DNA of 64,000 nt from Octopus sinensis (lineage: Eukaryota): assembly GCF_006345805.1 (NCBI RefSeq), contig NC_043001.1, positions 13,268,001-13,332,000 on the forward strand. Reading direction: 5' to 3'. Position 1 is the first letter of the stretch. The number at the start of each line of letters is the position of its first letter. Below are positions 51,773-64,000 of the stretch, one piece after another. The notes under the pieces are model-generated. The model did no database searches. It had not been told where the DNA came from and was given only the letters and a program-made list of their open reading frames with translations. A program made the translations under genes and the position numbers.

Positions 51773-54700
51773 GGAACACCGGGGGACTTTTAAGATGTAA
51801 GAAGGAAAATTCAGAGCTCCGAAACCTATCCACAAACATCGAAAACAAGGACATCCTATGGAGCCAAAGTTTTACTAACAAAGAATTGGACTGTATCCGA
51901 GTAAGTAATACAAATTGAAATTTATTACTATTTTCGAAACGAAATGATGTATTTTGACTCGATATCATCTCCACCTCTAACGCAACACATGTAAACATGC
52001 TTGAAACATCACGATCATCTCCGACCCCAAACACCATGTACAAAGGAACTACGAAGAAATTAAATGCCACCGATACTATTCAACCCAAGAATAACAATCG
52101 AGCGGTACGTACATTAAACCTACAACAAAAAATGTACGAAAAACTACACGTGCGAAATAATGTGACAACAGAAATAAACGGACCGGTACCCTACGAAAAT
52201 GACGACCGTCAAAATAATGGGCCGGACGTTGTACCTCATGTCCCGCAAATAAAACCCAAAAGACGTAAATGGACACGTGAGGAATACATTTCTATCTTAC
52301 ACGCATACTTCACAGCAGTACTCTACCCAAAAATGAAAATACACAACAACACATACATATAAAATATGGAAGGAAAATAATAGAGATTTAGACTTGGATA
52401 CAGCAATGAACCCTAATAAATTAGCTAACGTACGAAGATACATTCTCAACACAAAAAAAAATATCAGAAATAGAAATAGAACACCTAAAAGAAAAAATAC
52501 ACAGGAAAATGTAGATAGAAGCCACACAACAATGCCCATAATATAAACACTGAAACTGTAAAACACGAAGACAAACGCAACATTCCCAACAAACACGATG
52601 TAAACAACGAAGGGGAGCCTAATGATTATGATAATAAAAAAATAAAATAATCAAAGAACTGAAAACCACAGAGCTCAAAATGGACCACCGACCATACCTC
52701 CCAAGAATCAAAATAAACGAAATAACAACACCTATTATAACAGCATAAACCTAGCCGTCACTGAACTGATAGCCACTGAATAAAAAAAAAGTGATATCAC
52801 TGAGCTAAATAACCTAATATACGCAGCAGCCACTGCAGCCACAAAAGAAGCTGGATACTCACCCAAACCCGCCCAAACAGGAGTACCACCACCCAAACAA
52901 ACCTGTGGATAAATAACATCCAAAGCAAAAAAAAAAAAAAATAGAAAAGACCTGTCGATTCTTAATGAAATCAGCAAAGATCAACGCTTCTGAGCAACAA
53001 AAGAGACAAAAAAATACTCCGCAAATATAACATCACAGAAAAAGATTTGCCTGAAATAAAAGAAAAGCTGAAGCAAGATATCCTTGCCAAAGCACAAATG
53101 ATCCGCGGTACAAGAAACGCCAACGCTTCTTTGAAGAAAACAAAAAGTTCAACTCCAACCCCAAAAGTTCTACCAAGAACTGGGCAAAAATAAAATAGAA
53201 GTCACTGCAGCACCAATGGCAGAAGAATTGGAAGAATTCGGGGGGAGAAATATGGTCGGCGAACGAACCACCAAAAAAAAGGAGTATCAAAATAACAAAC
53301 TCGGCATCTGAACAAATTTGGACCCCCCAACAACTGAAGAGGTCACCCAGGCACTGCAAAGACTAAGCAACTGGAAGGCACCTGGGCATGACAAGATCCC
53401 CAACTTCTGGTTGAAATATCTAACAGGAATGCACAAAAAGCTGGCTGAAAACTTTAACAACGTACTAGCAGAGCCAGAGACAATGCCTGAATGGCTCACG
53501 AAGGGGAAAACCATCTTAATTCCCACATCAATCAAATGAAACAGAAAAACCAGAAAACTACAGACCAATAACCTGCCTCCCTACTATGTTCAAGGCATTT
53601 ACTGCAGTGATATCACAAGGCTGAACAAGCACCTGGACGAAAAAACCTGTTCCCAGAAGAGCAGAAAGGATGCCGCAAAGGCTCATATGGCTGTAAAGAT
53701 CAACTAATGATTAATAAAGCCATAACTGAAGACAGCCACAGAAAGAAGAAAGGCCTCAGTATGGCCTGGATTGACTACAAAAAGGCGTTTGATAGCATCC
53801 CCCACACATGGATCCTCGAAACACTAGCCATTAACAAAGTAGCACCAACAATCATAAAATTCATAGAGCACTCTATGAATAAATGGCAAACAGTCCTACA
53901 CCTCCAAACAAAAGAGGGACTCATGAAAACCAAAGACATCCCCATTGGAAGAGGAATATTCCAGGGAGATACGCTCTCTCCACTCCTTTTCTGCTGGCAC
54001 TGTCACCTCTATCTGATATGCTAAATAGAACTGGATGCGGATATAAATGTTACGGCAAAACGATCAGCCACCTTTTATATATGGATGACCTAAAACTATA
54101 CGCTGCAAATGACAAACAGCTGGAAACACTATTAAAGACAGTTCATGGATTTACCAAAGAAATAGATATGAAATTTGGATTAGAAAAATGCGCCAAAGTA
54201 ACCATGAAAAGAGGAAAACTAGTTAAGAGTAACAACATCAACACTAGATGAGCAGCAATGAAATAAAAGAATTAGACCAAAGCCAAACTTACAAATACTT
54301 AGGAATCCATGAACTAGATAAGACACAACACACACAAATGAAAGAGAAAATAAAAAAAGAATATTATAGACGAGTTAGATCAATACTAAACACAGAGCTC
54401 ATGCTAAAAACAGATAATAGGTATCAACACTTTAGCTGTCCCAGTTATAAGTTACAGCTACAATATCCTTAACTGGACACAAAATGAACTGACCAAAATA
54501 GACAGGAAAACAAGAAAAAATAATGACAGGATCTAGGATGCATTACCCAAAATCTGACATAGAAAGACTATATATACAACGTATAGAAGGTGGTAGAGGC
54601 CTTATACAGCTGGAAAACTACTATAAAATAACCACCATAGGACTGCAAAAATATCTACTTCAGAAGGAAGGAAAACTGATCCAGATAGCGGCAAAACACG

Positions 54701-55740
54701 AGCAAAACAAAAAAACTGTTCTCAGTATTTAAGGAAGCTGACAAATACAAACAAGAAATCATACCACCTAATAAACATGAAGAAGAAGAAGAAGATGAAG
54801 AAGAACAACAAAAGCTATAAAAAAAATGAAATCCAAACTAAAAATAGAACAGCAAACGAACATGATAAAACGATGAAAGAAAAGCCCTTCATGGTAAATA
54901 CTGGACTAAACTAAACGCAAAAGAAATAGACAAAGAAAAATCCCAGCAATGGTTGAGAAGCTCAGGACTCAAAGCAGAAACAGAGGGATTTTTAATTGCA
55001 GCACAAGACCAAAGCCTCCCCACCAGAATTACCAAAGACATGTAATGAAAAGAAATATTACAAGTAACTGCAGAATATGTGGAGATGGACAAGAAACAAT
55101 AAATCATATTATCTCTAGCTGCCCAGTCCTGGCTAAGAAGGAATATATTCACAGACATAACAGAGTTGGAACTTACATACATTGGAAGCTATGCCAAACA
55201 TTATGGAATAACAACAGAAAAAAGATGGTATAGGCACACACCAGAAAAGGTCAAAGAAAACGAGAAAGCAACCATACTCTGGGATATGCCGATACACACA
55301 GATAGAGAAATTAAGGCCAACAGACCAGATATAGTTGTCAGAGACCATGAGAAAAAAAATGCTTTCTAATTGATGTATCAGTACCGGCAGATGACAACGT
55401 GTCTCTAAAAGAAATGGAGAAACTCTCAAAATACAAAGACCTGGAAATAGAGGTAACTAGAATGTGGAATCTGAAAACAGAAACAATTCCTATCATAGTA
55501 GGTGCATTAGGCATGATAAAAAATATTCAGACAAATACATAACAAAAACACCAGGACTTACAAACACATATAACATACAGAAAATTGCACTACTAGGCAC
55601 TGCACACATCCTACGCAGAACACTTTCCATACAATAACCATCAGAGCATCACAACAAATCACAGCACATTCCCAAGGCACACAGAGCTGCGCTCGGTAGT
55701 GAAGTGAAAGCACGCTATAAAAATAAAAATAAAACTACTG
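51773..55740 (+). mobile_element. Apparently full-length R4/Dong-clade non-LTR retrotransposon (RT + CCHC + restriction-like endonuclease), frameshifted
   Basis: NWKAPGHDKI, AWIDYKKAFDSIPH, RGIFQGDTLSPLLF, HLLYMDD (54078-54089), FGLEKC, YKYLG, CRICGDGQETINHIISSC, LWDMPIHTDREIKANRPDIVV; (AAT)n immediately 5' and 3'. Confidence 0.93.
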
Positions 55741-55754
55741 AATAATAATAATAA

Positions 55755-56418
55755 ATGCCTTGATGCAGTACCAGGCAGTGGCTCTCATGGCTTCTGATCT
55801 TAACTGATTGGAAGTGTTATCATGTACATTGTTTTGTCTTGGTATAAAAGATGGGCTACAGCAAATATATGCCCTGATGCAATACCAGGCAGTGGCTCTC
55901 GTGGTTTCTGACCTTAACTAATTGGAAGTGTTATCATGTACATTGTTTTGTCTTGGTATAAAAGATGGGCTACAACAAATATTCTGCTCAATACCACAGA
56001 TTTGCTTGTCAGTTGTTTGACCGTAACCAGTTGAGCATGTCCCTTAGTGGCTGACGATATGTGCATCTCTGATTACGAGCAGAAGTAGTGGGGGAGCATC
56101 ATAGCCATGTGTTGAGAAGGATTCTTTGGGGTTTGAATAGTTCACCTCTGGAAACATGGGTGTTTCGTTCAACATCCTTAAACAACCCTTATTCAGGGAC
56201 CATTTGAGCGGGATGGGTTACTTGATCTAATTCTAACTGGGCTCCACCTGCAAGGTCATGTGCTGTTTATCTTGATATGAGATCACCATGTCGCGCACAT
56301 ATGGTTGTGATGCATGTACCTGGTGTACCCTTATCAGACGGGTAGTCATGATGGGCATACTGGGCTTCGTATATTTTACCCCAGTGTCACTTTGATGGTA
56401 TGCACTGCTCTCTCACTC
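55755..56418 (+). mobile_element. (AAT)n-associated element with its first 114 bp duplicated in tandem
   Basis: Head repeats at 55755-55868 and from 55869; begins 14 nt after the LINE 3' end. Confidence 0.9.
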
Positions 56419-56460
56419 AATAATAATAATGATAATAATAATAAATGAGAATAATAATAA

Positions 56461-56491
<31 letters not shown>

Positions 56492-56521
56492 AAGAAGAAA
56501 AAAAAAGAAGGAGAAGAGGAA

Positions 56522-56552
<31 letters not shown>

Positions 56553-56615
56553 TGGAAGAAGAAGAAGAAGAGAAGAAGAAGAAGAAGAAGATGAAGAAGA
56601 AGAAGAATGACGATG

Positions 56616-56673
<58 letters not shown>

Positions 56674-56690
56674 CAGCAATAATAATAATG
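56419..56690. repeat. Compound (AAT)n/(GAA)n microsatellite
   Basis: Directly visible. Confidence 0.95.
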
Positions 56691-56875
56691 GTTTCAAATT
56701 TTGGCACAAGACCAAGAGTTTCGAGGGACGGGTGAGTCGATGACATTGACCCCAGTGTTCAACTGGTACTTATTTTATTATGAACCCTGAAAGGTAAAGT
56801 CACCGTGGGCGGAATCCGCACTTAGAATATAAAGACGGGCAAAATACCGCTAGACGTTTCGTCCAGTGTCCTAAT
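56690..56875 (-). mobile_element. SINE family B, older-type tail, degenerate
   Basis: GGTTTCAAATTTTGGCACAAG on plus equals the tail CTTGTGCCAAAATTTGAAACC. Confidence 0.75.
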
Positions 56876-59286
56876 TTAGTTAGAGATGATCAGTGGATCA
56901 TATCGATAACTATAATGACATACTTTATTTCATTGTTCTCGTAAGGATGAAAAACGAAGTTGAACTGGACAGAATTTTACCTCCTACCCATCGACGAAGA
57001 TCGAAATTAATCGTTATGGAATTGCTGGTGCATGAAATGGGAATAAGTGAATTTTTTCAGTGCAAACGTAACATAGTTTTCAGTAATAATCCTACTCCTA
57101 CAACACCATTCACACAGCATGTATATATATTGATTACGTAGGAAAATCGCTAGAATATGCTGCACGCATACAGCCGTTTGTATTATTACATGGCAATTGT
57201 GTCGAATTCTTGGTAGATGGTTTGTGCCATAATTGTATAGAATCTCTTCTAATATTATCCTAAGAACATTTTCACGAGCTTTGTGCAGTATATAGCAAAT
57301 ATATTATTGATTCAACCCGTTGTAAATCCCTTATCCATCGTAGGTTTGTTATGCATTTTGTTAGTGCTCTCTTGATTACACACTGTTTTCCGATCATTAC
57401 CGTAGCTGTTTACGTTTGGATTTTATATCCAAAATTATGTTTATTTCAATTTTCGCCTAATTATACATCTGTAAATTCCCGGCTCTTCCAAGCCATTTTT
57501 CGTAGATATATTCTTTCTTCTCTTTGATCGGAATATCTGCGCATTTCATTTTGATTATACCCTATTCAGAAATTTATAAACCTTTGGCTTACAGAAGTAG
57601 CTGTCCTATCGGAGCATAGTTGTAATTAGTGTATCTCGGCAAGAAGAATGCAACAATTTACGTTGCAGTCAGTAATTTATTCGTTTTGTTTGCGTACAGT
57701 GCAGTAGAAAGAAGTTAACCTCCTTTTTATCTAGCTTATATTGTTTGGGCTGAGTGATGTTACTGATTCTTCGATACGATTTTTTAGTTCTTTTCATAAT
57801 ATGTTTTGGATTTTTTATTATCCTGCTGTTTTTTTTTATATTCTTATCATTTTTATCCTTACAGCTGCTCCTGCCTAAACTCAACATTTAGGTTTTTAGC
57901 TTTCTAGTTCGCAGTGCGTCGCATGTTAATGCAGAGAGCAACGCAATTGTTATCCGCACGTTTTCTCATTGCATTATTTCGTTTATGTTGCAATTTGATT
58001 GGCTTGAGTCTTATCTACACCCATTGTTGTCATATTGCTATAGTTATATCTTTTGTCCGTTTCTACACTCCTTGCATATGGGCATTGATATCTCATCTGT
58101 TTGAACATGACAAAGACGGCTTGAGAAAAATGATTATATATTGCAAATATTTATTCTAGCTTTAATGAAAATTCTCGGTCTTGAAAAAACATCTTACTTT
58201 CAATGATCCAAATTTGAATCACTATACATCCGACGACAATAGAAACAAATTTTATTTACGACAGATTTAACGTTTGCTGTACATTGTACATTTTGAAAGT
58301 GAAAAGCGGAAATAAATATTATTGAATGTATATAGGGACATGTATTCGAGTCACACTACCTCTCATATATTCATACATTCGAGCGTTAAAATCGTGAGTA
58401 ATCATGCGTTAAAATTTATAATTTTCATCAGATACTGACCTCTTATTGTAACAATCTTCATACGGTATTGCAGACTACATGTTTATATTTAATGCAGCTG
58501 CAAATATAATTTGCAACAGTCGAATCACTAGCTATAAAAATAATGTCTCATACATCTCCGCTTCCACGCTGTTATCTGTGTATTTATTACGTTCATTATT
58601 CCTTTTATCTAATATTACAAAGACCATAATAGGCAGGTTTAAGATTATTACTCTGAGGTTTAGATAAGGAATCATTCTATTGTATTGAACAAATTCGTTA
58701 AAAGTATACTATTCAGGACAATGTTAATAATGTTCCGCTTTAGTCCATTCAATTAGTTCACAATTGTGTTCGTGGAAGACAGACCAGGTGACACGATTAC
58801 ATTTTTCAACCAATTTATCATGAAATATTTAGCACAAATAAAACGGTAATATTTTGATACTTACCTCTCTATATATAACAATTATGTTTTATGAACATGT
58901 ACATCACTTTTTAGACAATTATAACTTGAAGGTTTAAAGGCATTGAAGAATAACACGAGAAATTTGGATGTGAGTGCAGAATTGATATTTACATCATTCG
59001 TAGCATTGTTTTGATTCAGTCTTAGGCAAAATGCGTTTCGCTATAATCCTCAGAGAAAATATAAATTCCACAGATAGTGTTCTAACTCTAAAGATAAACA
59101 CTTTGCTATTGTTATCAATAAAAGCATCATTTTATAATAGCCGAGTAGCACATATAGGTTTTCTTCTGCTATTTACCAAACGATGCTCAATTGGAAATCG
59201 TGAAGGATGCTTAAGAAATGTGTATCATCACGGCATTAAAAAACTGGTGTCAACAGAGTGCTCCTTGTAACGAACGGTAGGCATAA

Positions 59287-59676
59287 TCTCTGTATATATA
59301 AAGCTGAAGTTGTCTCTGTATGGCAGGTTTGGTAGCCTTCAATTAACACTATCTCATCCGAGACCCTGCGGCACAAGTTGACCAAAATTGAATAAGATAG
59401 AAGAAGGCTTGCTCTTCCTTCCGTAGCAGAAAACATTCAAATCGGACCATGTTAACACCAAAAATTATTTTCATAAAAAGGTTCTTTTTTTCTATGAAAA
59501 TCCCTATTTTCTACGATTTTTTGACTGCTGTGTCGCCATTTTTAGGTGTATTTCAACCAGAAAGAATGTTCACTTAAAGAGAATAACAAGCTACATAATG
59601 CAAAAGATTTACTTTTCAAAAATTCCAATTCTAAAAGGTCCAAACAAACCCGAGCAATGCCGGGTGATACTGCAAG
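59287..59676 (+). mobile_element. Probable non-autonomous Helitron-like element
   Basis: A|TC 5' end followed by TGTATATATAAAGCTGAAGTTGTCTCTGT; subterminal hairpin CCCG-AGCAATGC-CGGG (59649-59664) and degenerate CTRR end (CAAG). Confidence 0.55.
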
Positions 59677-60794
59677 AGTTATTTAACAATTAAATGGAAC
59701 AAAAATGTTTCAAACGATTTTTCAAATTACACAATTGTTGCAGCTATCGATGATATTTTATATCCCCCAAACGTTCTTCAGCTTTATTTCTTTGATCTCT
59801 TTCAAAGCTATTGAATGTAATTAAATTTATATTCACCAATTTGTGATGATTGATTTATGTTCAAGTGGGACTAACATTAAAGAGTTGATAATAAAAAATA
59901 TGAATCTTTATTCCAAGTACATACCCTGACATAAGAACTTTATTAAAATGCATTACTAAATACAAATGCTGTTTCTGTGTTATGTTATAATGACTGAAAA
60001 GAAATGGTCATAGCAAGAGAGAAATTGCTTCATCTGAATCAGATAAAAGCCTATGAAAACCTTTCTTTACAATAGAAAAATTAACATTTCTAAATCTCTC
60101 AACGAGATATATTCCGCAACGGTACTCTAGAGTAAAAAGTATTTGCCAACATAACATGGCAATCCTTATTTAGGACGAATGTTACTATGATTCAGCCCCA
60201 GGAAGCATCGTCTCCAACATTCGTCCTAAACCATGTTATTTTGGCAAATGTTCTTTTGGCAAATGTTCTATTATCTTTATGGTGCTCATTTTACATAAGA
60301 ATTTACTTTCTTGAAATTAAAATATTTGCTAGTTGTCTTTCTCTCTCCGTCTCTCATTATCTAGCTACCTTACTACAAACACACACACACACATAAATAT
60401 ATATATATCATGGACTTCTCCATCGTGTAGACAATTTCTTACGGAACGGACCTGTTTCTTTGCGTTCGCCGTGTTGAATTTTGCATCTAAACTTTTGAAG
60501 TCGCGTGTGTTCTTGCTGTTTTTTTTTTAAACAGACCCCGCTTAGCGGTTGACGTTTCGCCGAAACTAGGAGGTTCGCCTCTTTGGGAGCGAATTGCTAC
60601 GCTTCGGTCTGATGAACAGACCAGCTTGCTGCGACACGCAAATTGCCTACGTTGATATGGATTCTAAGCTAAAGGAAGAAAAGTATAATTTGTCGCAGAG
60701 GCTTTCCCGCCTCTCCCTCGCGGGGTGAGAGAGAGGAGAAAAACACGGTCACTATGGAACAACACATGAGTTTTTCGTATTTTAACGTTACCAA

Positions 60795-61232
60795 CACTGG
60801 GGTGAAATACATGAAGCTCAGTAAACACATCATGCCTACCCGCCTGATAAGGGTACACCAGACACATGCATCAAAAGTATAACTGCACGACAGGGTGATC
60901 TCATATCAAGATAAACAGAGCATGATCTTACAGGTAGGGCCCAGTTAGAATTTTTTTTACATCGAGGAGAGGGTCCCGCTTAAGATATCCCTGAATAAGA
61001 GTTGTTTAACGTCCATCTCTTCACATGTATTTTATTCAAACTCCCAAGAATTCCTCTCAACACATGTCTATGATGATCCCCCACTACTTCTGAGATGCAC
61101 ATGTTGCCAGCCACTAAGGGACATGCTCAAACAACTGAAAACCAAATCTGTGGTATTGAGCAGAATATCTGCTGTAACCTATCTTTTATACCAGGACAAA
61201 ACATGTACATGATACCACTTATAATCAGAAGC
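60795..61232 (-). mobile_element. Older, internally deleted copy of the (AAT)n-associated element
   Basis: CTGATAAGGGTACACCAG, CTCAACACATG, AAATCTGTGGTATTGAGCAGAATAT on the plus strand. Confidence 0.8.
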
Positions 61233-61244
61233 TTTGAGAGCCAG

Positions 61245-61550
61245 TGAATGGGGAGAAACGTTAGCAGCAATTCGTCTGAGTTCAGTATTTCGTTCTGAGT
61301 TCAAATTCCGCCGAGGTCGACTTTGTCTTTCATCCTTTTGGGGTTCATAAATTAAGTACCTGTTATACACTGGGGTCAGTGTAATCGACTTAATCCCTTT
61401 GTCTGTCCTTGTTTGTCCCTCTATGTTTAGCGACTTGTGGGCAATAAAGAAATAATAATAATAATAATAATAACTCTTATTATTATTATGTTTATTATTA
61501 TCATTATTATTACTATAACTATTATTATTATTACTATCATTATTATTATT

Positions 61551-61581
<31 letters not shown>

Positions 61582-61604
61582 CTATTATATTATTATTATT
61601 ATTA

Positions 61605-61643
<39 letters not shown>

Positions 61644-61915
61644 CATCATCACCATTGTTACTATTACTATTATTATTATTATCATTATTATTATTTCCAT
61701 TGTTATTATTAAGGTGATGAACTGGCAGAATTGTTAAGATGCCGGATAAAATGATTTGCGGCTATTCGTCCTTCATTACATTCTGAGTCCAAATTCTGCC
61801 TGGTCGACCCACGGGATAGATAAAATAAGTACTAGCTCAGTAATGGGGTCGATGTAATCAACTTTCTTCCTCCGCCGAAACTGGTGACCTTCCGCTAAAA
61901 TTTGAAAGCGATATT
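61245..61915 (+). mobile_element. Two family B SINEs (61245-61455; 61715-61915) separated by an (AAT)/(ATT) microsatellite
   Basis: B-boxes and both tail types are visible. Confidence 0.85.
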
Positions 61916-62166
61916 AATTGAAGCAAATAAATTTCTTTAGAGACGAAAACAAACAGAATCAGTGTATGATTATGTAGAAGAAAAATGAACGGAATTCTAT
62001 CATAATAATCATTTAGTTAGTCAAAGCAGTTTCGAGTATAATCCTTTGCAATAGAATAACTGGAACAGGGTAATGCCTAGTTTTGTTGCTGTACCTAGAC
62101 CACGGAAAATAGAAAATAAAGTACTCTCATTTACACCTGACATGTGAGATACATCCACAAATTATT

Positions 62167-62222
<56 letters not shown>

Positions 62223-62224
62223 TT

Positions 62225-62411
62225 TTAGTCTTTTACTTGTTTCAGTCATTTGACTGTGGTCTTGCTGGAGCACCGCCTTTAGTAGAGCAAATTGACCCCA
62301 GGACTTATTCTTTCTAAGGCTAGTACTTATTTTATCGGCTCTTTTGCCGAACCACTAAGTTACGGTTGTCATGCGCTGTTGGGGGGACAAACACAGACAC
62401 ACAAGCATATG

Positions 62412-62478
<67 letters not shown>

Positions 62479-62648
62479 TTATATACGACGGGCGTCTTTC
62501 CGTTTCCGTCTACCAAATCCACTCACAAGGATTTGGTTGGCCCGAGGCTATAATAGAAGACACGTCCCCAAGGTGCCACGCAGTGGGACTGAACCCGGAA
62601 CCATGTGGATCGTAAGCAATCTACTTACCACAAAGCCACTCCTACGCC
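62225..62648 (-). mobile_element. SINE family A, full length
   Basis: Reverse complement of the 9548-9977 structure. Confidence 0.9.
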
Positions 62649-64000
62649 TATATATATATATATATATATATGTATATTTCAGTAGATACATAGTAGTGAA
62701 GAAAAATGTTTACCATTCTCTTCAAATATAGGTATGAGTTTGTTTTGCACAGAACTACATTCCGTTATTAATGTTTCATCTCATGCATTCAAATCTTTTC
62801 CTCTCTCGATTTCACCAACGGTTTTCCAAACCACTTTCATAATTACTTCCCGATGCTTCAAGCAAACCGACAACCTACTTCTAAAGTAAATATTTTTCAT
62901 TGGATTTCAAATTCTAATGAACATACTTCTGCTAAAATAAGCAGAACTTTCGTCAAATGACATTTCCATTTAAGATTGAGATCCTACTCAATGTCGGATC
63001 TTAATCTTCGTCACTCTACAATCATAGATATGAATAGCACCAGTGTAAACTAATGAAATATTTCTTCATATTACACTGATTTTATATAACAATTGAGCTG
63101 ATAACTAAAGTATCTTATCTATGTCAACCAGCAATTATTGTCTTAAACATCGACACCGAGATGTGAATTTCTCTGTGGCAATACCAGCTATTATACATTT
63201 GATAGCATAATTGTTCATTGTTCAGAAATAATGATTAATGAGAAGCAAACTTGATAATGAGTTCAAATTGGATATGATTAGAGATCCTCTGCTTCGGAAA
63301 TCGAAAATGCATGCCGTGTTCGATGCTATAATTGTTGTCTTCGACGTCGATAGCGTAGTCATCACACTTGTATAAAATATGCTGGTCACCATTTTCATTG
63401 TCGCTCTCGTCTTCAACATCACAATGGCCGATGCCGTTGCCTCCACAATAATCATCATCATCATCACCATCGTCACCATGGAGTGCTTTGTTTGGAGCAT
63501 GTTTTGCAACAAATTGTTGAAGGTTAATGGTGCATAACTGACTGACGGCTATTTATCAACAACAAAACAATATATTTTTTTGTATCTTAAAATATTCTTC
63601 TTTGTTTGTACATTAGTTGAAAAACAATAATAGCAACCGGCAAGTCAGTTCATGTATTAATGTTTCTCTAAATGAGGTTTTCAGGTTTTCCATTAACCAG
63701 TTTTCATTCCCAAAGGGCAAATAATCTGGATACCAAAATGTCGACACAAATGCTTTTTGTTTTTCTAATTGAAAAATATGAGAAAATATTGGGGACTAAT
63801 GTCGCTCACAGGTTATGAAGATCGAACGTCAAAGAATATGAATAAAAGCTATACAATACGAAAAGGAAGCGAAGAGTAACAAATAATAACGAGTAAATGT
63901 TTTCTTTGGATATGAAGAATATTAGAATGAAACCTCATAATTTTAAAATCTCATAAATGTATTTTTATAAGTGGGAAGATCTTCACCAGAGGGCACCAAA

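Noticed and set aside
51773-51860. Possible HDV-like ribozyme at the 5' end of the Dong-like LINE
   Set aside because: I could not build the nested P1/P1.1/P2/P3 pseudoknot by eye.
57800-57862. Strong plus-strand polypyrimidine tract + CAG acceptor
   Set aside because: No recognisable coding product or matching donor follows; cannot be supported without RNA data.
60705-60760. Resemblance to the U3 snoRNA 3' hairpin
   Set aside because: Boxes C (TGATGA) and D (CTGA) are absent at the required positions, and there is no box A/A' upstream.

Overview
AT-rich, microsatellite-dense animal DNA. The SINE families and (TA)n load point to an octopus (coleoid cephalopod); this is an inference from repeats I recall. 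The only supportable host gene is a class-A neuropeptide GPCR (NPY/PrRP/sNPF-receptor-like, ATG 857-1957, single coding exon). The rest is mostly mobile DNA: two tRNA-derived SINE families (called A and B here), CR1-group LINE 3' fragments, R4/Dong-type RLE LINEs nested in (AAT)n, a ~556-bp non-coding (AAT)n-associated element, Penelope-like elements (PLEs; RT + GIY-YIG), a deleted mariner, a probable non-autonomous Helitron and a solo-LTR-like promoter block. Most short ORFs in the supplied track are microsatellite artefacts. The main unannotated signal is seven type-I hammerhead-ribozyme (HHR) motifs from about five sequence families, in or beside (TA)n-flanked modules. They include a canonical HHR (29634-29711), a U3-A8 covariant minimal HHR behind a PLE ORF (32861-32900) and an ORF-less inverted repeat whose two arms are each a complete HHR (46514-46855). 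All folds were read by eye and none has been tested. No CRISPR, rRNA or intact tRNA gene was seen.
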